From: Eledone cirrhosa
Taxonomy: Eukaryota
Direction of reading: 5' to 3'
NCBI GenBank assembly: GCA_964016885.1
Contig: OZ024740.1
Coordinates: 76,074,001-76,138,000, forward strand
Length of the DNA stretch: 64,000 bases
Position 1 is the first letter of the stretch. Every line of letters starts with the position of its first letter. Below the pieces are notes generated by a model. That model was not told the DNA's origin and did not search any database. It worked only from the letters and a program-made list of their open reading frames with translations. Of this stretch, positions 1 to 11,674 are shown in pieces. Position numbers and translations under genes: made by a program.

Positions 1-2159
1 CGAACAAGGGGGATAACATAGACAATTTCCGGCCCATAACTCTGCTAAACACAGAGTTTAAGATTTTGGCCAAGGTTCTAGCAAAGAGGTTGGCGCTTGT
101 CGTTGGTGGTCTGGTGGGAGAGGCGCAGACATGCGCCATTCCCGACAGATCCATCCACGACAACCTCCACCTCATGCGATACATCGTAGAGAGGGTAGCT
201 AGGGAACCTGGCACGGGTGGGTCCTTGATCAATTTAGATCAGTCGAAAGCTTTCGATAGGGTCGACCATCGTTACCTAGCGGCAGTCCTGAGGGCGGCTG
301 GCTTTGGGCCCGTCTTCAGAGGCTGGATCGCTGCCATGCACAGCGACATCTGCTCTGTAGTGAGAGTGAACGGTCACCTGTCGGAACCGTTCAACATCAT
401 GCGCTCGGTCCGCCAAGGATGTCCCCTCTCGTCCCTCTTGTACGTATTGACTCTCGAGCCATTACTGCACAAACTGGAGACGTTGAGGGGAGTTCCGCGC
501 GAACTAGGATGCGGAAGATCCGTGTCAGCATATGCGGACGATGTCACCGTAGTGGTGTCGAACGCCAAACACATCGAGGCGATCGGCACTACACTAAGAG
601 AATACGAAGCGGTGACAGGAGCAATGATCAACCAGGAAAAGTCAGTGGGCCTGCAGCTCGGCACCTGGAGAGGCAGGTCCATGCCGTCCAACAGCGTCGT
701 CGGGCGCTGGACGGACGGACCGGTTAAATTGCTAGGGGTCTGGTTCGGTCCGGACCTCCAGACGGACAAAAACTGGGACGAGGTGACGAGCAGGGTGGCT
801 TCTCTCACCCAGAAATGGGCGGAGAGGAAGCTATCCCTGAAAAGTCGAGCGGAGGTGGCTAACGCGTACATCGCGTCTGTCATCTGCTACCGCCTAACCG
901 TCGTACCTTGTCCTAAGCCTCGCCTGACTGCGCTGGAGCGTTTGCTCTTTCGCTTTTTGTGGAAGGGACGCGCTCCGATGGTCAGGCGGTCCATCTGTTG
1001 TCAACACCCGCTACGTGGAGGGCTGGGCATGCCGTGGCTGATGATGCGCAGGCACGCGCTCAGGCTACGACATCTCCACCTCTTCCTCGACGGTGATCAG
1101 GTGTGGTCGCCGTTTGCTAGACGCGTTTTTCCCCAGCTCGTTTCTTTGACGGAGCTGCAGTCCTGGGTCAAGCGAAGACCGAGAGGGAGCGCCTGGAGAC
1201 TGGAATGTCTTCAGGCGCTCACAGCCCTCGACCAATCGGGCAATGTGATCGGTGGAAACTCCACCTCGGCGTTCTATAGAGGATTAGTGGAGGGGAAGAG
1301 CGACGACGTACTTGGGGAAACTCTAGGCGTCGACGAAAATCAACTAGCCAATCTCTTCGGAAGAACTTTCGGGCCAGGGCCTATGGACAACTTCCAGAAA
1401 TCTCTGGCCTGGCAGTGCTACCGAGGAGCCTTGCCAGTTCGGGATAAACTCTACAGGCATGGAGGTGCCGTCAGCCGGGCATGTCCGAGATGCGCGCAGG
1501 GCGACGAAACCGTCCTGCACGCACTCGTCCAGTGTCCGAAAATTGCTGACTTGTGGGTTTATGTCGAACACCTGCTGTCGCGTTTAGGACGGATCCAGCT
1601 ATCATCTGAGTCTATCGTGAGGATTGCCCCGCCCTCCTCCTTTAGCCGGGAAGGGCAGGCAGTTTTTATCTGTCTGGTGGCCATGGCGAAAGAGATAGTA
1701 TGGTGGACACGTTTGAAAGGGCTGAAGACGAGCACTTACCTCTTCGGTGATGCTCTGATTGACTTTTTCAAATTTCATTTGAAAAGGAAAATCAGAGTAG
1801 AGAAGGAAGTGCTCTCTTCCCAGCATTTTGTTGAAAGATGGGTGAGAGAAGCAAGAATGGCCCGAGTGAATGGGCCGACTCTGAGTATATATCTGTAAAC
1901 TAAAGGTGGAAAACTGGGAGAGGGCACTTGCCTTGGTGGTCAGGGTCATTGTGGCTTTTTACTGGGCTTTCTCCACAAATGTCCCTCCGAAGTCTCCCCC
2001 CTATTGGGGAATTTTTCATTGTTATTTTCATTTTTATTTTTGTTACATCCTCTGTTTTTGTTTTTTTTACACGCAGAAATGCCCATTTGTACCGTCCTGC
2101 ATTGTCCTGCACTGTCCTTAATGTCTACTTTATGTAAACCCTTGTGGTTAATAAAGAAA

Positions 2160-2161
<2 letters not shown>
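1..2161 (+). mobile_element. L1/Tx1-type LINE, family A, copy 1 (3' part; 5' end outside window)
   Basis: RT plus C-terminal Cys-rich domain ORF; 3' UTR ending ...TTAATAAAGAAATC directly followed by (ATT)n. Confidence 0.92.
3..1898 (+). CDS. Tx1/L1 ORF2 reverse transcriptase with C-terminal zinc-binding (zf-RVT-like) region, partial
   Basis: Frame open from the window edge: NFRPITLLNTEFKIL, LDQSKAFDRV, RQGCPLS, AYADDV, CPRC..DETVLHALVQC; no stops in the visible part. Confidence 0.92.
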   Translation, partial: NKGDNIDNFRPITLLNTEFKILAKVLAKRLALVVGGLVGEAQTCAIPDRSIHDNLHLMRYIVERVAREPGTGGSLINLDQSKAFDRVDHRYLAAVLRAAGFGPVFRGWIAAMHSDICSVVRVNGHLSEPFNIMRSVRQGCPLSSLLYVLTLEPLLHKLETLRGVPRELGCGRSVSAYADDVTVVVSNAKHIEAIGTTLREYEAVTGAMINQEKSVGLQLGTWRGRSMPSNSVVGRWTDGPVKLLGVWFGPDLQTDKNWDEVTSRVASLTQKWAERKLSLKSRAEVANAYIASVICYRLTVVPCPKPRLTALERLLFRFLWKGRAPMVRRSICCQHPLRGGLGMPWLMMRRHALRLRHLHLFLDGDQVWSPFARRVFPQLVSLTELQSWVKRRPRGSAWRLECLQALTALDQSGNVIGGNSTSAFYRGLVEGKSDDVLGETLGVDENQLANLFGRTFGPGPMDNFQKSLAWQCYRGALPVRDKLYRHGGAVSRACPRCAQGDETVLHALVQCPKIADLWVYVEHLLSRLGRIQLSSESIVRIAPPSSFSREGQAVFICLVAMAKEIVWWTRLKGLKTSTYLFGDALIDFFKFHLKRKIRVEKEVLSSQHFVERWVREARMARVNGPTLSIYL

Positions 2162-2230
<69 letters not shown>
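2162..2230. repeat. (ATT)n microsatellite
   Basis: About 23 perfect ATT units. Confidence 0.99.
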
Positions 2231-2987
2231 TTTTGAGTCTCGGTCATTGATGTTAGTTAACTGGAAAGTTTGTTGAAATGAATATCAAGCCACTACCTGC
2301 AGCCTCAGATATTCAGGACGTATCGGAGGGTTCTTGCTGTTCCCAGCAAGCATGCCTTTTGAAGCGTTCCAAAAAGCATGAAGGGGCCAATTTTCTTTAA
2401 CCATCCCTGGAAACGTTTTGAGATAGTCCCTAGTGCGCCTATGACAATCGGGATCACTTTGACTTCATGGCAGTTCCAAATGCTTTTTACCTCCCACTTT
2501 AAGTCCTGGTATCGGTTAATTTTCTCCCTCTCCTTCTCTTGCACTCTCGTGTCGAATGGGCAGGCCACATCCACAATCAGGCACGATCTTTTTTCTTTGT
2601 CCAAAACCACCAGGTCAGGTCTATTGTGTTCCAGTTTCTTGTCCGTCTGTATCCTAAAATCCCACAGCACCTTCACCTGATCGTTTTCTATCACCGCCTC
2701 TGGCTTATGCTCATACCACTTCTCAGAATGTGGTAAATTGTTTACTTTGCATAGGTGCCAGTGGATCACCCTGCCCATCACATCATGTCTCCAGCCCTTA
2801 TAGTGAGTCTGGGCTAGGTGTTTACACTCGGATACAATGTGAGCCACAGTCTCCCCTCTCTCTCCACAGATCCTGCACAGTGGGCTAGCCTCCTCCTTGT
2901 AAATGTGGTGTTTCAACCACTTCGTTTTGAGGGCCTGCTCCTGCGCAGCCATTAACATTCCTTCTGTAGCCTTTTTAAGGTCTCCTC
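2231..2987 (-). mobile_element. 5'-truncated R4/Dong-like non-LTR retrotransposon (CCHC plus restriction-like endonuclease)
   Basis: ORF 2305-2958(-): CRICGERGETVAHIVSEC, RHD, LWDF, RPDLVV..IVDVACP..EK..RY; short 3' UTR running into (AAT)n; flanked on both sides by TAA repeats. Confidence 0.85.

Positions 2988-3049
<62 letters not shown>
2988..3049. repeat. (TTA)n microsatellite
   Basis: About 20 perfect units. Confidence 0.99.
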
Positions 3050-3263
3050 GAATGCCATGGTTGACGGAGGCTCGGCTCTGTAAGGTATTGTAAATTTTGA
3101 CCGCTATAACAATTGTAAATTGTTTAAAACTTTAACCGAATTGTAGATAAAAACACCCTCCTCCTCGTGAGAGGGGTCTTTCTGCCCGTTATTTGGCCCT
3201 TCGGGGTTAAATAATAGCTTATTGGGGTTTTGTGCCCAATATTTATTTTAAACTGAAAAAAAC

Positions 3264-5340
3264 ATGGCTACGAAAAAGAATTTTCATAGGTCACTCCCAC
3301 TTATTCCGTCTTCTTCTTCCTCAATCGTCACTACAGCAGAGAGAAGATTGTCTCTCTCCCTCCCTTCTCTAAATGTGTCTCTCTCCCTCCATTCTCTTTC
3401 GCAAGCTACGCCAGTAAAGAAAAATCACGTGCAAAGCGTGCAACATTTCTCCACGACGACGACGACAACGACGAAAAAGGTGTGCGGGAAATACGAAAAC
3501 CCATTTCATTCGTCTGACGTCATGAATAATAGCAGTAGCAGCCGTAATAACAGCAGCAGCAGCAACAGTGACAAGGAAGACAACAGTAGCAGCCGCAACA
3601 GCATCAGCAGCAGCATAAACAACAGCAGCAGCAGCAACAACAACAACAACCACAGCAACAGCAGCGGCGGCAGTAGTCGTAGTACCTGCAGCAACAACAA
3701 AAGTAACAGCAGCTCTGACGACAACAACAACAACAACAACAGCAGCAAAGAAAAACCAATCTCGTTTGCAGGTATCGCAAAGAACCTGGAAACCATCATC
3801 ATAACAAATGAGGAATTAGAGGAAGCGAAGAAGATGGTGACTAAAACGGGACACCGAGCAATCTGCAAGGCAGCCGAAACATTTTTCGAAACCCAACAGC
3901 ACTATACGGTCACGTACCGTACAGTAAGCACAAAATCCCGTAGGGTTGAAAGAGCCACAGAGGCTAAAATACAAAAAGCATTAGGGTCTGTGTGGCAGCG
4001 GAAAACGCACATCACCCGAGGCAAGTAATATGCCACCGTAGACGTACTTTTTGCCACACCCCAGGAGGCAAAGGCTCAATACTTAGTGAACCTAAGGAGC
4101 GAGGAAATGGTGTTGGTGCCCTCCTACTGCGGGCAAAAAATTGTGAGGGTCAAACTGACCCACATCCCCCCCCGGGATGGCCCCTTCTTGGCTGGCCGCG
4201 TCTGTCCTCGTCGGAATCGAGGACAAAACAACTGTACTGCAAGTACAGAAAAAAGTAAGAGAAAATTGGGTCGGCACCTCTATTGAGATGTTAATCCAAA
4301 CCAACCAGGAGTGCATCGAACCTATCCCGGATGTGATAGATTTCGATAACGGCACTCAACTGCCCATAAGTGTTGAGGGCAAGCGCCCGAAATGCTTTCG
4401 CTGTGGATCGAAGACTCACCTCAGGGCCTTCTGCAACGAGAAGACCCTGAGAAAGGAGAACCCCCCCTCTTTCCGAAACCGGCTCCACGGCTACCAGCAA
4501 CAGGACAAGCGGCAACCAGGAACGATAGGTCCGTGCCACCCATACCCACGCCACGGAAATCAAGAACAGCAGCAGCAGTGGAACTATTAACAACAACAAC
4601 AACAGTAATACCAAATGCAGCTGCAAAAGAGACTCCACTGCAAACATCACCAACAACAACAAGTGAAAGAGTGGAACTGGTACCCCTCCCCGACCTCACA
4701 GAATCAGACATAGAGTGTGAGGTGGGAGAGGGATGGCAAAAGGTCGTAAGAAGGCACAAACGCAGAAGCAACGCATCGTCGCCTACGAAAAGGGAGGAAA
4801 GAAATGAAAAAAGGGTAAAGGCTACTGCAAAGAGACTCACAGCAGCAACACCACCAACACCATCACCACCCACACTAGCACCACCATCACCACCGGCGAC
4901 AACCCCACCGCCAACAACAACAACACCTTCAACACCACAACCACAAGCACCAACATCGCAAACACAACAACAAAACACACACACCCAGCAACAACGACAA
5001 GAAAATAACAGAACCATACCCCACCCCAGAAAAACAAATGCACGGCAATAAATACACACAACAAGAAACTAATGACTTACATAATTGAACACACAAACAT
5101 TTCACAGAACGACTACATAATACCAGCACCAATCAAAACACCAACGAACATAAGACTGGTAAGAATTACACAGAAACAATACACAAACATTAAAACGAAA
5201 TTCCCCAACGCAGTTGGTGATTTCAGAGACCTAGGAGGGACTCTCAACCGGAGAGTATATTCGGACATACTCATAGAAGAGCCGACGACCAGCCGAAGGG
5301 ACGATTCAACGGTCCCTTCACCAGAGGATCAAGTGAAAAG
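3264..5340 (+). pseudogene. Tx1 ORF1 (gag-like, Ser/Asn-rich N-terminus, CCHC knuckle, Pro/Thr-rich region)
   Basis: In-frame stop at 4026-4028 and frameshifts; knuckle KCFRCGSKTHLRAFC at about 4390-4435. Confidence 0.75.
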
Positions 5341-5359
5341 GGTTGGAGAAACCATCCTT

Positions 5360-8180
5360 CCTCTACGAAAAGTACGATAAGATCTCGCCATACGGGCCAT
5401 CTTCCTGGACCCAGAGGGTAAGTTGGTGGTGCTGGACGTGACCAGCGGAGACGGGAAAGCTTTCAGGCTAGTGGCCGTCTATGCCCCGACAGGAGCAGGG
5501 CGGCCTGATTTCTTCCGTCGTCCTGAGACCTTTCTTGGAACGTCCCAGTCTTTAGTTTTAGTGGGCGACTGCAACGGGATCTTAGATGCACGCTGGGACT
5601 GCGTGGGATTAGCGGATAGGGGTGGAGGGTGCAAGAGCCTCACCAACCTGCTCAGGCATTTTGAACTGTCTGACAGGTACCGATTGGATTTCCCGAATGT
5701 GCCAATGTGGACTTGGACAAATCGCATAGGGTCATCCAGATCATATCTAGATAGAGTATTTTGTAGGGGAATAGATAGGTCTAGCATAGGCTGTCCACAA
5801 TTCAAGATAGTCAGCTACACGGACCACAAATTCGTGATCTGTGTGCTTGACTTAGATAGGCTTCATAGACTAGGACCCGGCTACTGGAAGCTAAACGCGT
5901 CCTAACCAGCGCGCAAGGCCTACAGAGACCGGATTAGCGAACTAGTTAAACGGGCGTTGACGGGGGCCATCGTCAACAACAAGTGGTGGTTTGCTCTGAA
6001 AAGAGCGATTAGAATAGAATCGATTAGGTTTAGTAAGGCTTTAGCAATAGAGAAAAATAGAACAGAGGGAGAACTAGTTAGAAAATTAGACGAGGTGCTT
6101 AGCAAAGGCATCGCGACCGACGTGCTTGCGGCGAAATTCGCCCTTGACCAATTCTTCAATGCAAAGCACGAAGGCTGTGTTGTCAGAGCTAGGGTGTGTG
6201 CTCTCAGACACGAGAGGACGAAAGCCGTTCAATGGGCCCGAGTGGCGGAGGCGCGTCGTGGCAACAAAGCCACGATCCGGTCTTTGGTGGACCACGACGG
6301 GCACATGCTACTCGATCCCGGGCAAATGTGTGAAGCTTTTCAGCGACACTTCGCTCAGCTGTTCGGGGTCAGCGGTGAGTCGGGTCGAGGGATGGACTTT
6401 AGTGTCTACCTCGACGGACTGCTGCGGCTCTCGGCCACTGAGGCGGAGTGTTGCGAAAAGCCGATAACAGCCGCTGAAGTACGGGAGGCAATGGCTGGCT
6501 GCACAAGGGGTAAATCGCCTGGTTTGGATGGTCTGCCGTATGAACTTTACGTACAGATGCCAGACTTGTTCGGAGGCCTCTTGGCGGACGTCTACTGCAA
6601 CTGGCAACAGAACGGGAGAATTCCCAGCTCTGTGAGCCGAGGAACTGTGGCGCTGCTGAGAAAGGATCCGAACAAGGGGTATAACATAGATAATTTTAGG
6701 CCCATAACTCTGCTAAACACAGAGTTCAAGATTTTGGCCAAGGTGCTAGCAAAGAGGTTGGCGCCTGTCGTTGGTGGTCTGGTGGGAGAGGCGCAGACAA
6801 GCGCCATTCCCGACAGATCCATCCACGACAACCTCCACCTCATGCGATACATCGTAGGGAGGGTAGCTAAGGAACCTGGCACTGGTGGGTCCTTGATCAA
6901 TTTAGATCAGTCGAAAGCTTTCGATAGGGTTGACCATCGTTACCTAGCAGCAGTCCTGAGGGCGGCTGGCTTTGGGCCTGTCTTCAGAGGCTGGATCGTT
7001 GCCATGCACAGCGACATCTGCTCTGTGGTGAGAGTGAACGGTCACCTTTCGGAACCGTTCAACATCATGCGCTCGGTCTGCCAAGGATGTCCTCTCTCGT
7101 CCCTCTTGTACGTATTGACTCTCGAGCCATTACTGCACAAACTGGAGACGTTGAGGGGGTCCAGCGCGAACTGGGATGCGGAAGATCCGTGTCAGCATAT
7201 GCAGACGATGTCACCGTAGTGGTGTCGAACGCCAAACACATCGAGGCGATCGGCACTACACTAAGAGAATACGAAGCGGTGACAGGAGCAATGATCAACC
7301 AGGAAAAGTCAGTGGGCCTGCAGTTCGGCACCTGGAGAGGCAGGTCCATGCCGCCCAACAGCGTCGTCGGGCGCTGGACGGACGGACCGGTTAAATTGCT
7401 AGTGGTCTGGTTCGGTCCGGACCTCCAGACGGACAAAAACTGGGACGAGGTGACGAGTAGGGTGGCTTCTCTCACCCAGAAATGGGCGGAGGTGGCTAAC
7501 GCGTACATCGCGTCCGTCATCTACTACCGCCTGACCGCCGTACCTTGTCCTAAGCCCCGCCTGACTGCGCTGGAGCGTTTGCTATTTCGATTTTTGTGGA
7601 AGGGACGCGCTCCGATGGTCAGGCGGTCCTTCTGCTGTCAACACCCGCTACGTGGAGGGCTGGGCATGGCGTGCCTGATGATGCGCAGACACGCGTTCAG
7701 GCTACGACATCTCCACCTCTTCCTCGACGGTGATCAGTGTGGTCGCCGTTTGCTAGACACATCTTGCCCCAGCTCGTCTCCTTGACGGTGCTGCAGTCCT
7801 GGGTCAAGCGAAGACCGAGAGGGAGCGCTTGGAGACTGGAATGTCTTCAGGCGCTCAGAGCCCTCGACCAATCGGGCAATGTGATCGGTGGAAACTCCAC
7901 CTTGGCGTTCTATAGAGGATTAGTGGAGGGACGACGTACTTGGAGAAACTCTAGGCGTCGACGAAAATCAACTAACCAATCTCTTCGGAAGAACTTTCGG
8001 GCCAGGGCCTATGGACAACTTCGAGAAATCCCTGGCCTGGCAGTGCTACCGAGGAGCTTTGCCAGTTTGGGATAAACTCTACAGGTATGGAGGTGCCGTC
8101 AGCCGAGCATTGTCCGAGATGCGCGCAGGGCGATGAAACCGTCCTGCACGCACTCGTCCAGTGACCGAGCATTGCTGACT
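5360..8180 (+). pseudogene. Tx1 ORF2 (APE endonuclease plus RT), frameshifted, N-terminus deleted
   Basis: LVAVYAP, VGDCNG, SYLDRV, TDHK (APE); KSPGLDGLP, FRPITLLN, AFDRV, YADD; stop at 5903-5905 and frameshift near 7160. Confidence 0.9.
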
Positions 8181-8195
8181 TAATATTAATCTTAA

Positions 8196-8849
8196 TATTA
8201 ACCTAATTAGAATTTTTCAATCTAGCTAACTTGGTCATTTACAATACAAGCGCTTATATGTTTATATTGGTGTTTATCATATATTAATTTATATTAACTT
8301 GTATTTCATGGCTCAGAAATGCTTCTTTCTTTGAGCTAATTAATTGTAAAAGATTGTTTGAGTTTATAACTCTAAATATAATATTTAACGGCTCCTGTTG
8401 TTGAACTAAATTTTAATCCCATATAGAAGGCTGTTATTTCTAGCAGCATGAGTATGGGGCTAGCTAGGAGCTGGAAAACCACGTGCGTTAGCACTTGACT
8501 ACCAGTCCTCCAAAAATATTTCGAGGTGAAACATGCTAATTTCTGGATACCTGTTGATGACCACAGGAATTGGAATTTTTCACTTTTTCAAATTATCGTT
8601 GCGAAACTTATTTGGGTTAGAAATTTAAATTTGTCTGCGGAACAGGTTTGGATTTTGAAATTTAAATTTGTCCAGGTATCACAGTTATTGCCATTATGGG
8701 TTTGTTTTTATTGATTAATTATTTTAAATCGAGACAGGCAAACTGTATTAATCTAATTAGTATTTTTCAATCTAGCTAACTTGGTCATTTACAATACAAA
8801 CGCTTATATGTTTATATTGGTGTTTATCATATATTAATTTATATTAACT

Positions 8850-8854
<5 letters not shown>
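8196..8854 (+). mobile_element. Non-coding terminally redundant module (about 109-bp direct repeat, 550-bp period) ending in (TA)n; probable non-autonomous PLE or pLTR unit
   Basis: 8196-8304 repeated at 8746-8854, then (TA)n at 8852-8892. Confidence 0.55.
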
Positions 8855-8895
<41 letters not shown>

Positions 8896-9023
8896 AAAGT
8901 TTTATTTAAAATGTTGGGTTACAACGAGTAAATATTTTATAACTGATATAAAAGCACTCAACAGATTTTGGAGTATTTTACGATATTAAACAAATGGAAA
9001 TTACATTTATAAAACCATATTTA

Positions 9024-9085
9024 TTTCATTATATATATTTCAGGGATATCATATTAAAAATATGGCATGCCCTCTTCAGACAAAA
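9024..9085 (-). ncRNA. Type I minimal hammerhead ribozyme motif
   Basis: Minus strand: TTTTGT-CTGAAGA-GGG..CATATT ttt AATATG..CCCT-GAAA-TATATA-TA-ATGAAA. Confidence 0.7.
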
Positions 9086-9490
9086 TACAATATATAGACA
9101 GTTTTATAAATAAATTTGACATACCTTAGAGTTTACAACTTCCATTTAAAAAGTTGTTACGGTAGTGAAAATGTTAAGGACGGTTAGAAAGAAAGACGGA
9201 GAAAAAAGGAAAAAAGGAAAAAGAAAAAGAAAGAGAAAAGAAAAAGAAAGAGCGGAAGGTGAAGAAGATGAAGAAATGTATGTAAAGAGAAAACACCAAA
9301 TGAGAGATCTATGAGGGAAGGGGGTACTGTAATTATTCATTTGTTTATTTATTTATTTATTTAGTGTTAAGGATACGGGGAGAAATAAAAACAAAAATAA
9401 ATAAGGAGAGGTAGATCGAGTAATATCTATTATACGAGGTGGGAGAGATAGGGGAGGGGTGATATACAGGAGATAGAGTTAAAACAGCCG

Positions 9491-10898
9491 ATATAAGAGT
9501 AGAAGGGAGGAGGAGAGGAGATATACTTAGAAACAAAAATGATAGTTTTAAAATATTATGTTTCATCAGTCTATCAATTCCTATGAATTATAATGTAAAC
9601 ATCAATATTCATGAATGAGACACATATCAATAATGTGTGAAAAAATAGTGACTATATGTTTAGTTTAAAAATTCATAGGTTTATAATCAAAATCTGAGAT
9701 AAAACCTCAAAAAATACTGGAATACATAGGTATATATGTATTTTCATGAAAAAAGAGAAAAGAGAAAGAAAAAGAGAAGGTTATCTCAAACTGACATTAT
9801 AGACACATGTGAGTTTACATGATCAGCTCTGTAAATTTTTATTTCACATGGAACTCTTCATTGCGTTAAAAAGATTTTACCATACACATAAGTGTACATA
9901 CATATATATATACATAAAATATACATTATTAATAATAATAATATTCTTGCCCCTTCCTACATGGTTATCGTACAAGCATAGAATAGAACAGATATCAATA
10001 TATCAAAATATCAAAAACGCCAAGAATATTTTCCTCCCCCAGAATATCTAGGGCCGTAATAAAAACACAGTGTGCCCAGCATATCAATCAATCCCTCCAA
10101 TTTATTTGACAATATTGCCAAGTTTATTAGAAGCAATCAGAGTCAAAAGCAAACAAAACCAAAATTATTCACCAAACTCATTTAGCAGAAATCATTAAAA
10201 AAAAACTTTAGGATGCTCGGTTGTTCTACAGATGCTCTTATATTTATTCTAGAAGTTTATCTAGCATAAAAATTTTATTCAATAGATTTGGATCATCACC
10301 GTTTTAAGGTAGTTTAATTACATTATTAATTATATATCCATGAAGAAGGTTTAAAGAATTGAAGGAATCGAAAGATTAATCGCCAAGTTTTCTAAAACAA
10401 TTAAAAGTCTTAAGTAAATATATTACATTTTAAACTTATATTTATATTTACAAGTTGAGTTCAATCTATGTCTGCAGCAACTGAATAAATTGGTCCGTAA
10501 ATTAAGGGAATTTTTAGATTTTAGTATAAAGAATATCTCCTCTGCGCAGAGGTCACATGTCTCAGAGGAGGAAACTCACATGTGTCTATAATGTCAGTTT
10601 GAGATAACCTTCTCTTTTTCTTTCTCTTTTCTCTTTTTTCATGAAAATACATATATACCTATGTATTCCAGTATTTTTTGAGGTTTTATCTCAGATTTTG
10701 ATTATAAACCTATGAATTTTTAAACTAAACATATAGTCACTATTTTTTTCACACATTATTGATATGTGTCTCATTCATGAATATTGATGTTTACATTATA
10801 ATTCATAGGAATTGATAGACTGATGAAACATAATATTTTAAAACTACCATTTTTGTTTCTAAGTATATCTCCTCTCCTCCTCCCTTCTACTCTTATAT
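9491..10898. repeat. Inverted repeat of about 325 bp (9491-9816 / 10572-10898), right arm ending in (TA)n
   Basis: Arms are near-perfect reverse complements; ORF track shows the same MKHNILKL peptide on opposite strands. Confidence 0.9.
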
Positions 10899-11160
10899 AT
10901 ATATATATATATACATATGTTTATATGTATGTATATATGTGTGTGAAGGTAGATAAGGTTTTGTTTATTATGCATATCTGGAATGAATGCTTAAACAAGA
11001 AAACTACTTACCAGCAGAGAGATACAGAAGTGAGCCTACCTGCCATCCGGCCTTCCCTTCACACCCTTCTACTTTGACCGCTGGCCACGTGATGCTTCTC
11101 ATCTCTTTTGGATTCATTTCTGGCGGCGATCACTTTAGAAATTTCAGTCCTAACTGAGGG

Positions 11161-11247
11161 AGTTTCTTGAAAAGCTAGAAACCTCATGGATAATACCGAG
11201 ATTGGACATATCCCAAAGTACGAGCGAAACTATCGATAGTCGGGACT
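11161..11247 (+). ncRNA. Hammerhead ribozyme motif, U3-A8 core variant, long branched helix II
   Basis: AGTTTC-TTGAAAA-GCT...AGC-GAAA-CTATCGATAG-TC-GGGACT. Confidence 0.7.
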
Positions 11248-11674
11248 AGAAGAACTTTGGTAAAGTTTATATACATTTTTAACTTAGCTAAAAGTTAAAC
11301 ATGGAAATCACACCTTAACGGTCCGAAGATTCGCTGGATAGTGGAAACTTATTATGGGTAATTCAAAGTTATGTGTGAATATGCTAATGAATGTATGAAA
11401 AATTGGAAAAACAACGTTTATTTAAATGACGCTGGGGAGTTATGAGATATATAGAAAAATAGAGAGAAGAGAGAAATTTAACAGAGGATGAACTCATATA
11501 ACGTAAATAAGTGTTAAATTTATATTAAAGTTACGTATATTTAGTAATTATTTTGTTGTTAGAATTCTAATATAATATACTATAATATTAAGTTTTATAG
11601 GTAAAAAGAAAAATATAAATATTTTTTTAAATATCTATTTTTTTATATATTTATATTTTTCTTTTTACCTATAA

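Larger units (their letters stand above)
3050..8180 (+). mobile_element. L1/Tx1-type LINE, family A, copy 2 (5' UTR, ORF1, ORF2; decayed, 3'-truncated)
   Basis: 6668-8180 is near-identical to 1-1551; ORF1 and APE/RT ORF2 remnants upstream; starts right after (TTA)n. Confidence 0.92.

Noticed and set aside
3369-5132. Minus-strand Leu/Val-rich ORFs (similarly 48911-49815 on plus)
   Set aside because: Antisense shadows of low-complexity LINE ORF1
10780-10840. CTGATGAAAC suggesting a hammerhead
   Set aside because: CTGATGA and GAAA overlap with no helix II; the alternative fit needs several core changes
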